A stretch of DNA of 64,000 nucleotides from assembly GCF_009914755.1 (NCBI RefSeq), contig NC_060927.1; one strand, 5' to 3'. Under the pieces are notes generated by a model that made no database searches, was not told the DNA's origin, and saw only the letters and a list, made by a program, of their open reading frames with translations. A program made the translations under genes and the position numbers. Shown piece by piece: positions 28,731-51,305 of the stretch. The DNA comes from the human T2T-CHM13v2.0 reference genome, Homo sapiens. Within the stretch, counting starts at the first letter, position 1; each line of letters opens with the position of its first letter.

Positions 28731-30945
28731 GTAAGTCATTTTGTATTGGAGGGACTTGTTTTTAAAAGTGAGCGGGTCAGCATTTGACCGCAGCCTCACC
28801 AGCTGGAGCCCTTGAAACCAACTAAGGGCTTTTTGTGGGGGAAGGGTGGGGTCTAAACCCTCAGAAAGGACTTTGTTTTCATGGATCTGTATTCATTCTC
28901 ACAGTGGTTTAAAACCAGCCTGAGAAAATGTGTAGGGAGACTGAGTTAAAATATTTCAACTCTGTATCAATACTTGCATCATGCTAATTTTGTCTTGAAT
29001 TTGAACTTTACTGCTCTTTGTTCCTCCCCAGAGGGTTCCCTCCTAGCCAGGACCCTCATAGAGCAATTTTTTAAAGCGTTACTCTGAGGGTGAGGCGGCC
29101 CTGGCTATGCATCTTCTGCAGATCCACATAATTACAAAGAAAAAGTAAACAGAGATTAGGGGCCTGGATGGGGAGCCACTAAAAGGGCCCCTTCAGCTTT
29201 GATCTTTCCAGAAGCTCTAAAAATAGAGCTGGTATGTTAGCCATCGTAATGTGAAACGGCTGATATATCTCAAAACTACAGTGATGGCATCTCGTGTTTT
29301 AATAGGCTTTCGGATACCATCTGAGTGATTTTTACATGCACACTGTATGTGATAGCTGATTTCCTTTCAAGTGTTCCTTTCAGCCTTCTGCTGCCCAGCG
29401 ACTTGACCTGGGCTTTTAAGGCTCATGATTGCTGATAAGTAAAGATTTTCATGTTGAAGTGCTATACAAAATAATGTTGGTGACCACTAATCCCCAACTG
29501 TGGCTTCTCAGTTACAATTTGGGACTATTTTTCGTGTAGCCTTCGTCTGTCTGCCACTGTGGAAGAAAGAGAATTCTAGGGATGTATTTCTCTATTCTGA
29601 GTTGACAAGCTTCCTTTGAAAACTGTACTTGGGCTATATTTTATGGGAAGCACAATCCTGACCAGTTTCTCTAAAAATTGAATGTAGAATTGACAAGCAA
29701 TGTTGATAAATTTGGTTACGTTTAGATGCTCAAAAATTGAGACTAATTATTTTCTTTTTGCTTCCGAAGTAAACTAAGCCTGTTTTATTATGCATCCCAA
29801 GTGCCTATGTTGAGATTTCAAGCTTAGACTTTGTCAGTAGTTACCCATGAGCCCATTCTTTCTGTAGTTTCCTTTAAGATATATCTGCTCAAGCCAGGAC
29901 CTCAAGGATGTCTGCATGCACCCCCATCTTCAGAAATGCAAGTTTTAGGATTGTATACTACATCTTTAGTGGAGCAGATTTTTTTTTTCTTTGAATGGTT
30001 GAGCTAACTGGTCTCAAAATAACTTGGCAGTATTAATTTTCATACTGAAATCATTTGGCACAGGTGCCAGGTTTTCTATGGCTTTATGTTGGTCTGGCTA
30101 GTCAATGAAATAAAGATAATTGGGTTCTCTAAGTGAAATGCAAACACTCATTCATTCTTGTTCTATTTCTAATTAAATTAGCCTTTCAGATACTGTTTAT
30201 AAAAGAATCACAAGCATACCATCTAACTGGGCGTTCCTTATACTTTAAAAGAGAATAGCTTAGCATTTTTCTTTCACACTTATTGTAAGCTTTTAATTAA
30301 ATATAGGTATCACTTTTTTGTTAGCAAAATTATTTCCTCTTGGTGATCATTTTGAGAGTCCTGCTTTACATAAACATGTTGGACGATTTAATACAAACTG
30401 ACTTGGATTTTAACAGCTGTGCTATTCCCATAGCGGTCACTTTTCATGTGGTCTGAGTATTAAATTTCTTTTGTGCTGGAAAGGTTGCTTCATTGGTGCA
30501 CGTATTTCCTTACAGTAGAAACGCAGCATTTACTTACTTGGCTACCTTCTTTATTTGCTTAGGAGATTGTCATTCTCTATTATCTGCAAACCCAACATTA
30601 ATACTTTAAAATGACAAATCCAATTACATTTTCATTTCTGTGTATTTGAATTTTTCTTAATGTATATTTAGTATAATACATGTTATACAGAGTCATGTCA
30701 TAGTTGTTGTTTCAAAAGATTGGGGCTAAAAATTACTTTTAAAAATTTATCCTTTGACATTCATGAAGTAATTTTTTCCTTTGGTAGTTTTCAGTATGTT
30801 TCCTCCTCCCCACCAGGATCAAGGCCATGCTTGTGTCTTGATTTAACCACAAATAGAGACAGACTGGGGAAGTAGAATAAGTTTCTGCTGAATAGTGAAG
30901 CACTTGTTCATTATCTTATTTATTAAAAACAAACAAAGCAATACA

Positions 30946-31004
30946 TTATATACACATATATATAGAGAGAGAGAGTGCGAGCACGCACGCACGCGAGCGA
31001 GAGC
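30946..31004. repeat. Compound microsatellite (TA/CA/GA/GCAC)
   Basis: tatatacacatatatatagagagagagagtgcgagcacgcacgcacgcgagcgagagc. Confidence 0.8.
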
Positions 31005-31479
31005 TTTTTATGTAGCCTGAGGTGGGGAAGAATACAGTGCTTTGCTTCTAAAGCAGGAAAGTTGGAACATTTATCCATAAATCATTTCTTATCCTATGTG
31101 ATCTTAGGTTGGCACATAACGAGGTGAATTGTTCCATCTTAGGGGAAAAATATTGAAGGATGGTGGGGAGAGGTGGGTGGTGAGGAGTCACTTTCATTCC
31201 AGTTTCTACTTATTGTCTTGCAGAACTTTCTAAACAGATGGTATTTGTCAATGAAATTTCAAAAGACCTTATTTGACGTTTATATGAGTTGCTCTTTACT
31301 TCTACAAAGAAATTCCAAGCTAACTAGAGTATTGTGGTGTTACTACCAGAGGGAAAAGTATAATTTTTAAAATCAATATTCCTGAAAGAATTTCCTGTAG
31401 TGCATTAAATTACTTTGTTATTGTTAGACTTTCACCTAAATATTTTTTGGCAGAGTATTTTTGGGTAACTTTCTATTGA

Positions 31480-32720
31480 TATAATTTTAAGCTTAACAGA
31501 AACATTGGAAGAATAGTACAAGGAACTCCGGTATACACTTTACCCACATTCATCCATTGTTAACATTTTGCCCCACGTATATTTGCTGTCGTCCTCCAAT
31601 CCCTCCTTCTTCCCTTCCCCTACCCCATTTTTTTCTTGAAATTTTGAGAGTAAGTTGGAGACATTCTGATCCTTTAAAACTGAATGCTTCAATGTGAATT
31701 CCAAAGAACAAAGACATTCTCTTACCTAAACACAATATCCTTATCAAATTCAGGCAATTTAATGTTTGCACAATACTATTTTCTAATCCACAGTCTGTGT
31801 ATTCAATGTTGTTGTTTATACCAGTTAATGTTCATTATAGGTTTTTTCCTTCCAGACCAGGATCCAGTTGAGGATCAAACATTGCATTTAGTTGTCGTGT
31901 CTCTGGCTCCCTTCAATCTGGAAAAGTTACTTCATCTTTCTTTATCTTTCTTAACTTCAGTGTTTTGATATTTTGCCAGTTATTTTTGTAGAATTTCCCT
32001 CCATGTGGATTTGTCTGATGTTTCCCTATGATTCGATTCAGGTTATGAATTTTTGGTGGAAATACCAAAGAAGTGATGCTGTCTCCTCATGTCAGGAGTT
32101 ATATAATATATTATATACCTTTCGGTGATGCTAGTTTTCCCTTTTCCATATTTCTGACTACCTTCTCCAACAGTGAGAAACCTGCAATCTCGGCTCACTG
32201 CAACCTCCGCCTGCCTCCCAGGTTCAAGCGATTCTCCTGCCTCAGCCCCACAAATAGCTGGGACTACAGGCACTTGCCACCATGCCTGGCTAATTTTTTG
32301 TATTTTTAGTAGAGACAGGGTTTCACTCCATTGGCCAGGCTGGTCTCTAACTGCTGACCTCGTGATCCGCCCGCCTCAGCCTCCCAAAGTGCTGGGATTA
32401 CAGGCGTGAGCCACCGCATCCAGCCGTATCCTGGATATATTTACTCACTTGCTGAAGTCTAGAATAATACAGGAAGTAGTTTCAAAATTGCTAGCCCATA
32501 CTACTACAGAAAATAAACCTAGAACCTTCAGTTCCTATTTGTGCATAGTTCTTTTTTTCCTAGGTAAAATTTATATATGGTGAAATGTATGAATCTTAAA
32601 ACAACTCCGTAAGTTTTAACAAATGTGTACACCCATGTAACCCACACTCTTCCTATCAAGATATTAGTGTTTTTCCATCACTCCAGAAAGTTCCCAGGTA
32701 CCCTTTCCCAGTCAATTCTG
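31480..32720 (-). mobile_element. Old L1M 3'UTR relics with a tail-less antisense Alu fragment (32181-32425)
   Basis: gaatagtacaaggaactcc...ttaacattttgcc; ttgcatttagttgtc; Alu begins abruptly at ctgcaatctcggctcactgc. Confidence 0.7.
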
Positions 32721-33355
32721 GGGGAAGGGGAAGTATGTTGTATATTATGACTAGTCCTTCTCTAAAAGGAGTAAAGCTAGGCAGCTTCAGGTGTTCTTTG
32801 CAATAATAACCTTGTTTCTGGTACCCAGAAGTTGACCAAAACCTTTTTTCAGACCTGCAGAGTCAGGAGCAGGACTGTGCAGGAGGAGACTGCGTGCAGA
32901 GTATTCTTGCTCTTGTTGCACAATTCTATTACTCACAACCTTCTTGATAGTGCAAGAACAGCCTGTTGTGAAGAATCAGGCTCCAAACTTGGTTTGCATA
33001 CCATCTGGGACCTGCGCAGATGCAGCAAGATGTGCCCAGAAACCTGATCTTGAGATTTCAGTGATTAGCAACCTTAATAATACACTCATTCTGGTGTTGA
33101 CTATGCAATAGGTTCTTCTGTTGATGGGTTATGATTAAACTCCTCAAAGTGACTTGCTATTAGCTTTCTGTGTGTATCTGGGCATATATCTTGAAGAGTG
33201 ATAGGGTAAGGGTTAGGTAGGAATAATAAATGTCAGCTGGTAAATCGTACTTTGTTTTGGCCTTGGTTATAGCCAGCCTGTCCATTTATTTTTTTGATAT
33301 TATATAATCCTACCTACCTTCTATCATGTTTTCTTGTTACTTATGAAGCATGAAA

Positions 33356-34005
<650 letters not shown>

Positions 34006-34129
34006 AGCTACTTAAATGTTTAAGAGAAACCTCTGTCCCAAAGCAACTTGTCACCTAAGGACTTTGCAAATGCACCACTTAGAAAGGCAAATCATAGATT
34101 TGAAAGGAATGGTTAAACTGTTATCTGTT

Positions 34130-34530
34130 AGCAGACATTCATTTAATTCAACTGACATTTGAGTCCCTGCTGTGTGCCAGAGATACAAAGATGATTACAA
34201 TAGCCACTGTCTTCAAGGAACACTGCCTAGAGGGTGAGACAGACTCATAAGCCAATAATGATCTGTTCAGTTGTGAAATGCCCTACAGCAAGGTCTGTCC
34301 TCTTGTTACGGCATCCCAATACCAATTAATTTTGTAAATGTGGAGGACTAGGGAAGGCCTTGCAGAGGATGACTTCTGAGTTGATGTTAAAGGGTCAAGT
34401 AGGAGTTTCTAGAAACACCTAGGGGAGAGAACACAAGGAATTCCAGGCAGTGGAGAATTGCATGTATAATAGCCAGAGACAACAAAACATGGCAGTTATG
34501 AAGTTGTTTAGTAGAGCAGTTGTGGCTGAG
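34130..34530 (-). mobile_element. L2 relic
   Basis: cattcatttaattcaactgacatttgagtccctgctgtgtgccag, an antisense L2 3' end. Confidence 0.7.
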
Positions 34531-36366
34531 CCTGGGACACCCAATTTTCTACAAATCGTCCTCTTGTCTTTGTGAGTGCCGTTTTAATTTTGGCCATCCT
34601 TGGAGTTGGAATCTGGTATACGTTGTCTAATGCTTAAAGCTGCTGTTTTGAATTTTACGATAACATGTAAAACTCTTGCTCACCTAGCACCGAGCTTTTT
34701 AGGGAGTTTCCTAGCCTAAGGAATCCAGCAGCTGCAGCAGGGTGGTGTGGAGGGCAGGAAGTCAGGGGATTTCCAGGGTCCTGGCTCTGCATCCCTTGCT
34801 GGACTGCCAAGTGACCACAAGCAAGGTGCTCCCCCACTCTGCCCGCCTTCATTTATTTTCTTCAGTGAGTCAGTTGAATGAGATAAGTTCTGGCTCTCTA
34901 TTGACACTTTATTAGCTTTTATATTTTATATTTCCTTTATTTCACAAGCAATGGATTTTTAATTGCAGAAAAATCAGAAAATATATTTAAGAAAGAAAAT
35001 AACCACGATCCAGCCATTTAGATCACTGTTAATTGGTGATGTCAACACTTCTTGACTTAAAATATATATGTATGTATATAGGTATACATAGACATCATTT
35101 TTCCCTGAACATTCCTACTATAAGGGATTTATGGTACTATATTGAGGATACTCCCTGCTTCTCAGATTTGATAGGGTTTTAAATCTCAATCATTTACAAG
35201 GACTGGCCAGAGCCCAGTCGGAAGAGCTCTCTGCAGCCTGTGCCAGGAATCTTTGCATACAGCTTCTCAGTGGCAAATATTACTCAAAACTGGGCTGCAG
35301 CCAGATTTTCCTTCTCCTTTCCAAAAGGGATATAAATCTCTGATTTGGAAAATGATGAGTAACCCCCAGGTTCTCTTTTCCTATCTCATTTACCCAGCAA
35401 GGCCTCAAATCTTCTATTTTAATGTATGATGGATTCCATATGTATGATTGTGTGGTATAAAATATATCCCACATCTTGTCCTTAGCAACTAGTGTTTTCT
35501 CCAATCTCCAGAACTGCTTGGTTCCCAAAAGGAGATGGAATATACAGCCAGAGCTGGTGAGGAGTATTTAGCTACAAGCCTTAACCTCAGAACTCTTGGC
35601 TCTTCACTGCCTTGAAAAACCTTGGACATTTCTCCCTTTGCTTCTATTTCCTCATCCATACAGTGGGGAAAATATTTTCTGTTTCCCAGGGAAATTGCAA
35701 TGGCTGACGTGTATCCAGTTCCCTGTGGCCAAGTACCAAGGCCTTTGCCCACTCCTGGGACTGGTGTTGACATCAGAAATAAGAAAACAAAGACCCCTGT
35801 GATTGCATTAGGTCTCCTGAGATACATGCAGCCTTTTCTGGGCTCACTGTCCACACACAGGTATAATGGGAGGGATTGAATCAGGGATTTGAAGGCCAAG
35901 GCTGCCCTGGCTTTGAAAGGCTGCAGAAACCTTCCGTTCATGTCTCTTGACAATGACAGCCAAAACCTTTTCCATGATTCCAGAGAACACGGCCTTGCTT
36001 GTTACTTTTGACCTGTGGTTTTTAAGACTACCTAATTAGTAGTTAGAACTTGTGATGATTACTCCTTTCCCTGTCACCTGTGGTCACAAACACATCTAGT
36101 TTTCCCAGACAAATTTTTTCTTACAGGATCCCTTTTGCCACTCAGACCAGAAAGTTGAGGGCTGTGTTCTCCTTAGATGGTTCCATTGGCAGCCTGGCCC
36201 AAGCATAGTCTTCAGGGTATTGAAAAATTGGGTTCCTTTTAGTTTGGAATTAATCTCATTCACCTCTAGTCTTATCCCCAAGCCTATTCTTAAATTTTTT
36301 TGAGTCATGGATTGTGTTCAGACTGATGAAAGCAGTCACCACTGTTCCCCTTAAAAATGCAAAGCC

Positions 36367-36662
<296 letters not shown>

Positions 36663-37005
36663 TTACAGACAATTTCAGAGGCTTCATGAAGTCCCTGAAA
36701 CATCTCTGTGGATCCTAGTAAAGCACCATTGCTCTATGAGTGTTTCTTTGGTACCATTCCCAAGCTCTCCTAGATGAGACACTAGGATATGAGAGTTGCA
36801 ACCAGTCCCACCATGGCTGCCCCTATGGCTTTGGGAACTGACCATCTACCTCTGGGGACTCCTTTTCCTCAACTGTAGTAAAGGGAGATGCAGGGGCTGA
36901 TTTACCACTAGTTTTTGTGTCTCTGAGATTGTGTAGTCTCTTGATCAACTATTTCATTTCTTTAGGCCCAGCTGTATCCAACTGGGTGATGGAGGACGGT
37001 ACTAA

Positions 37006-37936
<931 letters not shown>

Positions 37937-40900
37937 GATGTGAAAGAACTGTTTGAGAATGTCTTATTCCTGAAGTTACCCTTATGACTTGTTCATATAA
38001 CATGTTATACTGTATTTATGATAGTGATATGGATATGAACTTAATCATAGTTTTCTAGAGTGTCTGACCTTCTCTAGTTTTATATAATTCTTTCATTATG
38101 AAAGTTTTGTTAGTGCTTTTTTTTTTTTTTTTTTTTAACACAGAATAAGCTACATGGTTCTCTTCTCTAGAATATCTAATGACTGGTTAAATCACATAGC
38201 AAAGTTAGACATCTTGAATTTACAGCCATCATACTAAAACGGGAAAATACCGCCTGTGTGGGCCTTAAGCTACTGCAAGTGTGCCAAATGTGAACAGTCA
38301 GTGGGAGAATACACATGAGCAAGTTTTGCAAATTAGAGGAGTCTTCTTGACAGTACACAAGGGTGTATTCAGCAGAGTCTTGAGTAAAGGCAGCATCATT
38401 GGAATATATGTGCAGCCTCCCACGAGGACTACTGTGGAGCATGTGTTGAATCGTAATCTGAACTCACCTGTCGTCATAAGTCTTGGCAGCTAAGGTGTCT
38501 TTGTAATTGACTCTGGATTCACTGAAGCATTTGGATATTTTAAAGAACTCTATTGACCTTCCAACTTGGGATAGAAATCCATGCAAAAGCATATTTTTGT
38601 GTTATGTGCGAAGGCCTGGGAAAAATTTGGATTTCTCTTAGTTCTCAGTTGTACTTTGCATTTTCCTTTCTTTATATGTCAGCTCTTCCACAAAGGACCT
38701 TGAAGGGAGAGGGTAACGAAAGTGGGGATTGAGGCAAGTGGTAATTACTCATTGTTGTGTTGAAACCTCCTACGTATCCCAAATGTGGAATGTGAGCTCA
38801 ACATCGCTCTTTCTTAAAGAAGACTATTTATTTTGTTGCCTGAGTAAAACCTTCCATAAAATTGCTAATAGGCCTATGTACAATATTTTCGTTATTTCAG
38901 TTTGACTTGACTGATAAGGAAGATTGATTTTAATCATAAGGCACACAGATTTTTTAAAAAGTGAGTGCAAAATGACTTGCTAATAGACTAATGTCTGAGT
39001 AAGAAAACAAAAACATGTGTCTCCCAGCTCTATTGGAGGAGCAAGAGTTTCATTTAACAATATCTGCTGTCTTTGCCTAATCACTCACTAGTTGCTATTT
39101 TTGATAATATTCCAATAGGCGCTGAAAGTATACCTGGAAAATGAGACCTATGTCATCCTATCCCACTCAGCAGAAGGACTGCAGTCCCAACAAATGGACC
39201 CTTTCACAGTGCTCCCTGGAGGAGACTGTATGTTTCTGTTGGGCTGTGCTAGTTTGATCTGTTCTTCTTGGGAAATTGCTTTTACTCTCACAGTATTTTC
39301 CTCATAATAGCCTCAGCAGTGGTAACTTTTTGACCTTTGTGGGTGGGTTTGATTTTTTTTTTTTCCAGAAAGTAATTTGAAGCTGTGTGTTGTGAATAAA
39401 GAGAATGAGCAATTTGCAGGAAATTTTTAAAAAACTGTTTAAAGTACTGCAAGGCTTAAAATGGCACATGGGTGTGAACAAATGAGAACGTTAGAAGGGA
39501 ATTCAAAAGTATCCTATCTTTTGAGCTAAGAGCTGGCAGGACATTTTGATATGACTAGTGCAGCAGCAGTGAGCACTGGCTTTATCTGCTACCCACTAAC
39601 CATGTGACCTTGAGCAAGTATCTCAAACTTTGAGCTTCAGTTTCCTCAGGTATGATGTAGTTGCAGTACCATAGCCATGAAGTTGGAATAAGAGCTCGTG
39701 TGATGGGTGTCATGTAGTTGGCACTGTCAGTGTTTTCCGTTGATCTTTTGTCTGAACAGAGATCAGGTGCCGTTCCCATTTCCTTTCCTGAATATACTCA
39801 TTTTTGTCATTTACAGCCATAAAAAACTTTCCATCTTTAGAAGTTGACAAAAAAGGAGGGGAACAAAAAAGGGCCTGGCCTCAAGATGTGAGCAAATACT
39901 AATGTGCAAGTTTTTAGATTCTTTTTCTTTTTCTTTCCTTTTCCCTTTTCTTTTCATGACAGCTGTAAATCTAGGAGCTTAATTATTAACCTAAATGAAG
40001 CTGAGGTTTAATGTTCCCCGGAGCATGCACTGATGGGGAAGGATGAATTCTCATTTCCTGGAGGCTGAAGATCTGTGCAGGTGTCTGTGGCCAATGTTAA
40101 GCCTACGACTTTAGATGAGCTGGCATAAATCTTGGGAGAGTTTTCTTGTCTGTGTTCCCTCTGAATTTCTCTGTGCTGTTAGAGGCAGGGACAGAAGAGA
40201 ACCAGCATGGCAGTGCTGGGCTCAGGGTGATGCCTGCCTGCCAGCACAGCGGTTCTTGTCCCTGTCCCACATTGCTTCTTGGAAGCCTTTTTACAGCCTC
40301 AATCATCTTGCTTTTTCTACCGCAGCTATAAATGGGTTGGAAGCCAGTGCAACATGGGCAGGGAGGACTTGGTTTAATCTTTTCAAGTGCTACAGCATTT
40401 CTCTGTTCCTTTGGCATCGTTTTATGGATGTTTTCCCAGTATCCCTTTCCAGTGTCTTATGAATTGGCTAGCAAGAGCGCTTCCCAGTCTATCAGATGGA
40501 GAGAGCATTAGGCTCAGAGAAATTACATGAAAGTCCAGGATTTCCAACTTCTTGTTCACTTTTCTACCATATTAATCATCTCTCAGACAGTGATGTGGTA
40601 GGATTCATATGCATAGAATTCCATTGTACTTATTGGGGGGGGGGGTAATTTCACTTTAAATTTTTAGCAGCTTCGAGGACTTAATTGGTTAGGCTCCTTC
40701 AGGCTGTCTTTGGAAATCTTGTCCTTTGAAAAGGGAATGCTGATACCCAGAGGAATGTATTTCTTATGGTCATGTTTCAGACTGTAGCATCTTGAAAGTC
40801 ATGTGGGCTAGAGCAACTTCTAGGTGTCCTTTAGCACAGATGCAGGCTGGGGGTTGAGAGTTTAAAAGCTTTTTCTCAAACTGTTTATGACAAACATAGT

Positions 40901-41134
40901 TCATCTCCCATTTTGGTTAATTCTCAGCTTAAGTATTTTAAGAAACATTTGGAGGGCAGGGACATGCAGCTGCTAAGAATCCAAGACAGTGCTGTTTTGA
41001 AAATGCAAATATTTCTGGTTTGCATTTACTTGAAGTAGGGTAGCTTTCTCCCATATATTCCCTTGAATACAGATATTCTTTAAATGACATCATTTTGAGT
41101 AGAATACAGAGTCCAGGTGGTTTTGGGGAAATCA

Positions 41135-41183
41135 TTAAAAAAACAAACAAACAAAAAAAACAAAACAAAACAAAAAAACAAAA
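41135..41183. repeat. A-rich (AAAC/AAAAC)n simple repeat
   Basis: aaaaaacaaacaaacaaaaaaacaaaacaaaacaaaaaaacaaaa. Confidence 0.9.
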
Positions 41184-42357
41184 GCTTAGGTATCATTGCA
41201 TTCTAGGGGCCAAGAAACAGAACGATGGTATTTTTGGCAGGCACCCAGGCCCAGCAAAACCCACACCCCAAGGCTGTCTCTGTAGCTTCCTGTGGTTTTC
41301 CCACTGAAGAGAAACAGCCTTTCTCTTGGAGGGCCTGGGATGGCAAATACGTATATCAGCTTGATCAGAATCATAATATTCCGGCTTTGAGGTTATGTCC
41401 CAACAGGCTTCATTTAGGAAATTTGATGCACCACAATTGTTGCAAACTGAGCTGAACTGATTTTGTGGCTCCTAATGGTGCAAGTTTTTTGTTTGTTTGG
41501 TAGAAACTGGTAACGTCCTATATTAGAAGTTATGCTACCAGGTGATCTGTAACAATAAAGTCAAGTCTCAGACTAAATTTTGCCACGGATAAGAACATTA
41601 GCAAGCAGGCACAAAAGTTAGTCATTCAGCATGTTCCTGTGGACTGGGAAAAGCCCCAACCTGTCCTTTGGATATGTATCTCACGTCAAAGTTTAGGTAG
41701 AAACAGATGCAGAAAAATTCTCAATACAGGACACATCTAAACTTTTCATTGGCGCAGGTGATGGAATCCTCTGTTAAGTGTCCAGACCCAGGACCAGAGT
41801 GCCACTGCAGAGAGTGTTAGGCTGCCTGGTTTGCCAGATTCTTATAACCCACGTATATATGCAAGGTTAGAGATCCCTGTACAGTATTTCCAGCCAACAC
41901 ATATATATATTGAATTCTATTGTTTTCATCGGAAAAATTATTTCTACCATCCTTTATACTTGTGAGGAAATCCTCTAGTATAGATTTCAAAGCTGTAGCT
42001 GATGCTTTTGTAATAGCCACACCTGGGGTATGCACTCCTGATTAGGGTACCTCAGATACTAACTAGCTACCCATAAGAGGAAGGGAGGGAGGGAGGGAGA
42101 AAGGGTTTGTGTGTCTTCCCACATACTTGCATGCATTCATACTGTGTATTCAGAAATATTTAAAAATAAATTACAGATAATAGGTATCTCTTTATTTGAC
42201 CCTGGAAATATTATGTCTTGTATAATGTTGCCAGCCATTCATGAGTGACTTGAAATGTCAACTGACCTTTGGCCTGCCATGGTGTTTTAGTCAGAGCCAT
42301 TGATGAATGGCTCACCATGGGGCAGAGAAGAGAGAAGAGAATGATAATTTTTGATAG

Positions 42358-42662
<305 letters not shown>

Positions 42663-42969
42663 AGCTTTGTAGGCTTTTTCAAGCTTTTTTGCATTCTTTC
42701 ATTTGATATTCTGGTATTGTGGAGATGTTGTATCCCCCACTCAATTTTATACACAAATCGTTGTCCAGGGTCATAGAATGAGTAAATTACAGGAACTATA
42801 ACTTGAACGAACTCTCATCCTTTATAGTTCCTCTGTACTATAAGGGCAAGTTACTACCAAGAAGAGCTATTACTATTCTTCAAAGAATACCATAGAACTT
42901 TTTCACCTTGGGGCAGTTATTGCCAAGGTAAGACCATGTACTAAGGATATATTATATAACAGAATGCTG

Positions 42970-48720
<5,751 letters not shown>

Positions 48721-49738
48721 TAGGTGTTCTGCATGTATGCTTCTGCTGGCATGCCCATCATTTACACTGTTCTTTATGCCAGACAGGAAGGTTCACAACC
48801 TGACACTGTGTCTTTCAGAGAATGCTCATCCCAGCTTGAAGGCTCTTAACACAAGAATTTCCAATTAGTAGAGGTAACCTGCTGGTAGATCATATAACTC
48901 ATCAACCTTAGGCTGTAAGAGACTGAGTCCAATGTAAGTTTTCAATAATTTACCCACCCACACCATACTTAATTTAAGCCAGGGTATATGAACTTCCTGA
49001 AACTGAAACTGTTCCCTCTTATGCTGAGTACCCAGATAATAGGGGTAGGCCAATAAATCAATGAGCAGAGGAGGACTAGCTTGAAGACAACAGAAAATAA
49101 ATAGGGACTGTGGCCAACTAGAGCTCAAGTTCTCTCCGTGGAGCAGCTGCAACCCAACTCTGGATGATTGTTACTTGCAGACTACTGGGAATAACGTTGC
49201 CATATTTTCTGATTTTTTTTCCTTCGAAGAGTAGATAGAAATGTGAATTTTAATGTGCAAGTACCTGATTTTTAAGTGTTGGTTCACACCGCACCCCCCA
49301 CCCCGAAATACTGCTTGAGTCAAACCAAACCTGTACCTGGGATATGTCCAGTTAGTTTATGAGAATAACCTCAACAGCCATGCAGATTGGAGAGAGAGAA
49401 TAATGTATAAAATAATGTACTATAACCTTCTTGATGGAACTTGCCTGCGAAGCATGTTCTTATATAATTCTCAACTTCAAAATTAAAAGAAACTCAACCA
49501 AAATTCATACATTACAAACGTCACTCAGGGTAATAATTTTCTTAGTGAAACCTGGCTCTCTCTGCAGGGGAATGAATTTTTTTACCGTAAGTAATTTATT
49601 AAAGGGATTGAGTAAAACTGCTAAATAGTGATATCACGCAAAGCAATTTCTTTTAGGAGAAATAGCTAAAGATGGACTTTAAAAATGTGCTGCTTAATGG
49701 GTTGAATCCCAAGACGTTGTGCTCCTGTTTAGATGTAG

Positions 49739-49926
49739 CAGGCATTTTCAAAGTGGTCCGAGCACCAGCAGCATCAGTGCCATTTGGGAACTTGCTAGAA
49801 ATAAAAACTCTCAGACCCCGCCCCAGACCTAATTAATCAGAAACTGTGGGGTTGGGCCCAGCTACTTCTGTTTTAACAAGCCTTCCTGGGGATTCTGAAG
49901 CATGCTCAAGTTTTGATAAACCACTG
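49739..49926. mobile_element. MER5A-type hAT transposon relic (similar at about 20260-20390 and 22150-22270)
   Basis: tcaaagtggtcc...accagcagcatcag...tgggaacttgctagaaat...ccccagaccta...ttttaacaagcc...aaccactg. Confidence 0.8.
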
Positions 49927-50737
49927 CTATAGCTTTTGTGCTTTGTGACTTTTTTTGTAGAATGACTTTAGAAAGTTAAACTTTGTTATTTTAAGGTTTC
50001 AAGTGAATATTTTCTTCAATGTTGACATCTTCCAAGTATCCTTCAAATAATATCTTTGGTTTGGCTTATGTCAGTCAAGTATGTGTTGGTTTAAAAAGAT
50101 GACCGAGAATAGAAAGTTGTATCTTCTAAAAACTCATTTTAAAGTGAGATTCGTATATAACAGCAGACACAATTTTATCCTCTTTCTGCCTTTCTTATCC
50201 ACTACACTCATGGTATCCACTCACAGCCTCACTAAGGAAGTCAGTCCACTTCATGCTCAGCTTTTAACTTAGGGGTTTTTTAAATGTATGCATAGGATGT
50301 ATCATGCACAGAATGCCATAGAATCCTTCTCTGACCCCTCCTTCTGTTTTATAAGCCATTCTGTGCATAAGGCCACAGTGACTTCACACTGGACTCTGGT
50401 TCTGCCTCCTACTAAATGGCAGAGTCCAGGAGGGTCCCACAACCTGTGTACTCCAGGCCTACAGACTATAAGCTCTAAGTAATGGATGCTCAGCAAATAT
50501 TTTTTCTTTGCTCTAGGGTCTCAACTCTCAGCAGGATTAATAGCTGTTTAACCTACGGTGATCCTTTTATTAGTTTGTTACAGTAAGAAATGCATGTTTT
50601 AATTGGATTGGAAGCCTTGAACCTTTTCTTAAATAATAAACATTTTTATGTTGAGGTAAAACTTAAAAACAGTAAGTACACAGATGTTAAGTGTACAACT
50701 TGGTGGGTTTTTTTTCACATGTAAATACCCATGCAAC

Positions 50738-51305
<568 letters not shown>

